Assembly (NCBI GenBank): GCA_964019335.1
Contig: OZ025736.1
Span: 310,001 to 374,000 of the forward strand
Origin: Diplonema japonicum
Taxonomy: Eukaryota; Protista; Euglenozoa: Diplonemea
DNA: 64,000 nt
Reading direction: 5' to 3'
Shown: in pieces, positions 61,163 to 64,000 of the stretch
Layout of the letters: every line of letters begins with the position of its first letter
Position numbering within the stretch: position 1 is the stretch's first letter
Position numbers and translations under genes: made by a program
Notes under the pieces: model-generated
Database searches by the model: none
What the model was told of the DNA's origin: nothing
The model's input: only the letters and a program-made list of their open reading frames with translations

Positions 61163-64000
61163 CTACTCATCACAATCGCCTTTTGTTGAGCTACCTCTCA
61201 ATAGACTCCCCCACGCTTCACAAGTTCTAGCAGTGATGTCAAGCCGGGAAGCCAAGACAGGCTTGTGTTCCACAGAATCCACAGAATCTAGAACCTCAGG
61301 GTCCACGAACCTGCTAGCCAGCTCACCTGCCTTTTCCATTAACCGGTTGAGCTCAGACAAAACAGTCCTTGCTTGGGGGGTCTGATCAAGAATTTCGGTG
61401 GTGAGCCTTTTTTTTTTTTTTTTTTCCCCCTTCAGAAAAAAAAAATACCACAATTTGTACAAAGCGCCCAGCGCCTTCATCTGGAAATGCCTGCATTTTC
61501 TCTGCTTCGCAAGGTTGAATGAAGCGATCAGTTTGCTCTCCGCAGTGGTATATACCCTCGCTTCCAAGGGCTCGACCCCTGGTTCGACCAACGACGCTGC
61601 AGCATCTCTGTCTTCTTTCAAGACCTTAATCATCAGAATCGCCTGCAGCCTCATGAGTTCTGGAGCAAACTGCATATCCGACACAGACCCCTTCAAGTAG
61701 TCTATGTACGGCATAGGGCTACACCCACTGTCAACAACTGCTTCTAGCAACGCGCAACGCAGCAGCTGCAACGACCCAAATGCCTTCGTGAGGGTCCTCA
61801 ACGGGTCCATCGCCTGGTCAGGGGAACCCTTTGCGATTGCAATGAAAAAGTTAGCCAATGTTACGCTTAGACTGTCACCTATCTGCCGGGCCATGTCCAG
61901 TGCATTCTCAGCATATCGTGTCACGGCCGAAAAATTCTTCAAAAGCACGTGGTACTGGCATGCAAGCGCATTGACCCTTGGCTGCGACACACCCTTTGTC
62001 TTATTCCCTGCGTACGTTTTCGCTGCATCCTCCACGTCCTCCGCTTGGCTGTAATTCCCCATAACGATGTATGCGATCTTTAAAGCGACGAGGAGGTCCG
62101 GTTGGGGCATCCCGCTGCTCATCCCGCAGAAGAACGTGGACAGCTTCTGGGAACTAAACTGCGCGTTATCCAGCGACTTGCACCTTTCCAGCGTGTCTTT
62201 TATGATTTCTATCATGTCGCTGTTTCTGTCGCCGCAGCATTGATACACCTGTACAGTGGTGCAGGAGCCTAGAACGGCTTCGATCTCTCCGCCAGCTTCG
62301 GCTGTCATGGCGTCAAGGGATTTTAAGGACATCAGTGCCTCTGCGATGCGGTCTTGGTTGGCGAGCTCTGTGCACTTCCCGCACGTTGCCCGGTACGTTG
62401 TTTCCCAGGTAGAGTCGGTGAAGGATTCTAGTTTTACCGCCAAGACTTGTTCGTGGAGTCTGAGGCAGTATTCTGGAGTGTATCGAGCCCGTGCCTTGTA
62501 GACAGGTTGCAAGAGTTCCGATAAGATGGCCATTTCTAGTTCAGCTGTCTCGGTGGCGTCGTCGCATTTTCTGTTTCGAAGAGGGATGAATTCGTGGGCT
62601 GTGGAGTAGCTTGATGCGGATGATAGGTAGTCGCCGCAGGTATGAAGCCATTTCCCGTGTTTTCTCAAGCACCATATTGCCCTGTCGAGGTCTTCCGGTG
62701 TGCATTGTTCTTCAGCGCTCTTCACGTACGCGCTCCAGTGGCGTGCGAGCTGCGCCATCGTTCCGTTTTGGTCTTGGGTGTCCTGTGCCTCGTCGCTCTC
62801 CGAGTTCGCGATGATCAGTTTCCCTTCGATCCAATCCGCCAGTTGCTTGTGCATAGTTATCTTCTGTTCGTGCAGCACCATTCCGTACGCCTCCTCTTGC
62901 ACCACTTTATCGGCGAATCTATAAGTATTCTCCGAACCTTGTGCGTGGTCTACTTGCTGGTCCAGGAAAATTCTCTGCGAGAAAAAAAAAAAAGAAAAAT
63001 CTTTTTTCCTCCCTCTCTTTTTCTTTTTTCCATACTTGTTCAACGAGTTTCAGCACCGCGTGTAGAATAACGTTCTTGGACTTGCTCACAGGGAAGATCT
63101 CGTGAAGGGAGTTCAAGGTGAACTGTGGGTTGTGTTTTGATTTTTTTTTTTTTTCTCGCTTGTTGGGAAATGTACACACCTTCATCCCCACCACGCTGGA
63201 GCACTTCACGACAAGCTGTTGCGTAGCCTGCAGCCTGTCGATAGTTGACCTGTTTATGTTTTTTTTTTTTTAATATAAATACTCCCCCTCTCATCGACTT
63301 ACACACCTCACGTAGTTGATCATCGACTTCGGAACGAGCAGGTTGAGGCCCTCATCGTTCCCCATAAAGTGAAGCTTCCCGTTTGTAAGACCGAGCTTAG
63401 ATTGAGCCGTCCCGTTCTTAGAGACAAGGATGTCCCTTATGGCGTTGGAGAGGCCGACCAAGAGGTACACTCTACCTGACCGTGAGTTTTGGTACACGTA
63501 GGAAGACACAGCGGGCTCAAGCTGAGTAATCTCAGGGATGTCAGGGTGCGACTGCAGCTGTCTATTGAGCAGGGTGATCAGAAGCTCAGATGACTGTGCT
63601 TCGGTCAAGGGCTTCAAAGTTATGATAGTTGTGGACTGTGTGTACTCCCTCAATTTAATCCAAATACTCGCTTCTTGTTTGTAAGTAAGCTCCGCGTTTG
63701 TCTCCAGTGGCCGCTGCGTGCACACCACCATGATCTGTGACTGTTTGTCCTTCGACTCTGCCAGCTGAAGTAACAGTTCCAACGACGGGATATCATGACA
63801 GTTCTGCATGCTGTCGAGCAAGATGAAAAGCGGTTGTTGCTGCGAGTGGTACTTCAGTATAATGTGGAGCATCGACGTTGTTGTCTTTGCCTTTATAGAG
63901 GTAGAGATGTCGCTTAGAGAAGGTGGTTCTCTGAAGGTTGTTTTGAGGATTGGGTTTAAAAGCGCTAGGAAACACTCCAGTTCCAACTGGAGGTACCCGA
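61163..64000 (-). CDS. ADCY10 (soluble adenylyl cyclase)-like STAND NTPase + helical repeat region; 5' end outside the window
   Basis: Motifs LALLNPIL, Walker B-like LFILLDS..D..SLELL, IDRL..TQQLVVKCSSVVG, YRF..VVQEEAY..MHKQLADWIE and LARHW. Introns at 63250-63306, 63123-63179, 62975-63035 and 61407-61448. The cyclase domains are not visible here. Confidence 0.7.

Noticed and set aside
1-64000. tRNA, rRNA or snRNA genes
   Set aside because: I recognised no cloverleaf, T-loop consensus or rRNA/snRNA sequence by eye; tRNAscan-SE and Infernal would be needed to exclude them.

Overview
This is eukaryotic nuclear DNA from a protist. A euglenozoan (diplonemid-like) source is my inference from gene content and layout, not an identification. 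About 16 host protein-coding genes lie on the minus strand in one co-directional cluster, separated by spacers made largely of A/T and G/C homopolymer runs. In order they are: kinesin-3 fused to Roc-COR, a GH18 hydrolase, a possible small membrane protein, a DHHC palmitoyltransferase with a PDZ-like insert, vasohibin, CARNMT1, a 4573-aa repeat protein, a MIU-RING-zinc finger protein, a Sen1 helicase, a DysF-FYVE-C2 membrane protein, an AGC pseudokinase, a WDR20-like protein, a Dispatched-like protein with an EGF-rich loop, a CaMKK-like kinase, NOP58 and an ADCY10-like STAND protein. I reconstructed 21 GT-AG introns by hand. Twenty are 38-72 nt and one was expanded by a transposon; most are phase 0, and many have poly(A) where a polypyrimidine tract is expected. 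Mobile DNA includes a decayed piggyBac inside an intron, a 160-bp MITE, two homologous retroelement-like fragments and a palindromic element with iteron-like repeats. The strongest unexplained signals are a dispersed element with a conserved, covarying RNA-like fold, a 42-nt motif shared upstream of two unrelated genes, the intron architecture and the kinesin-Roco fusion.
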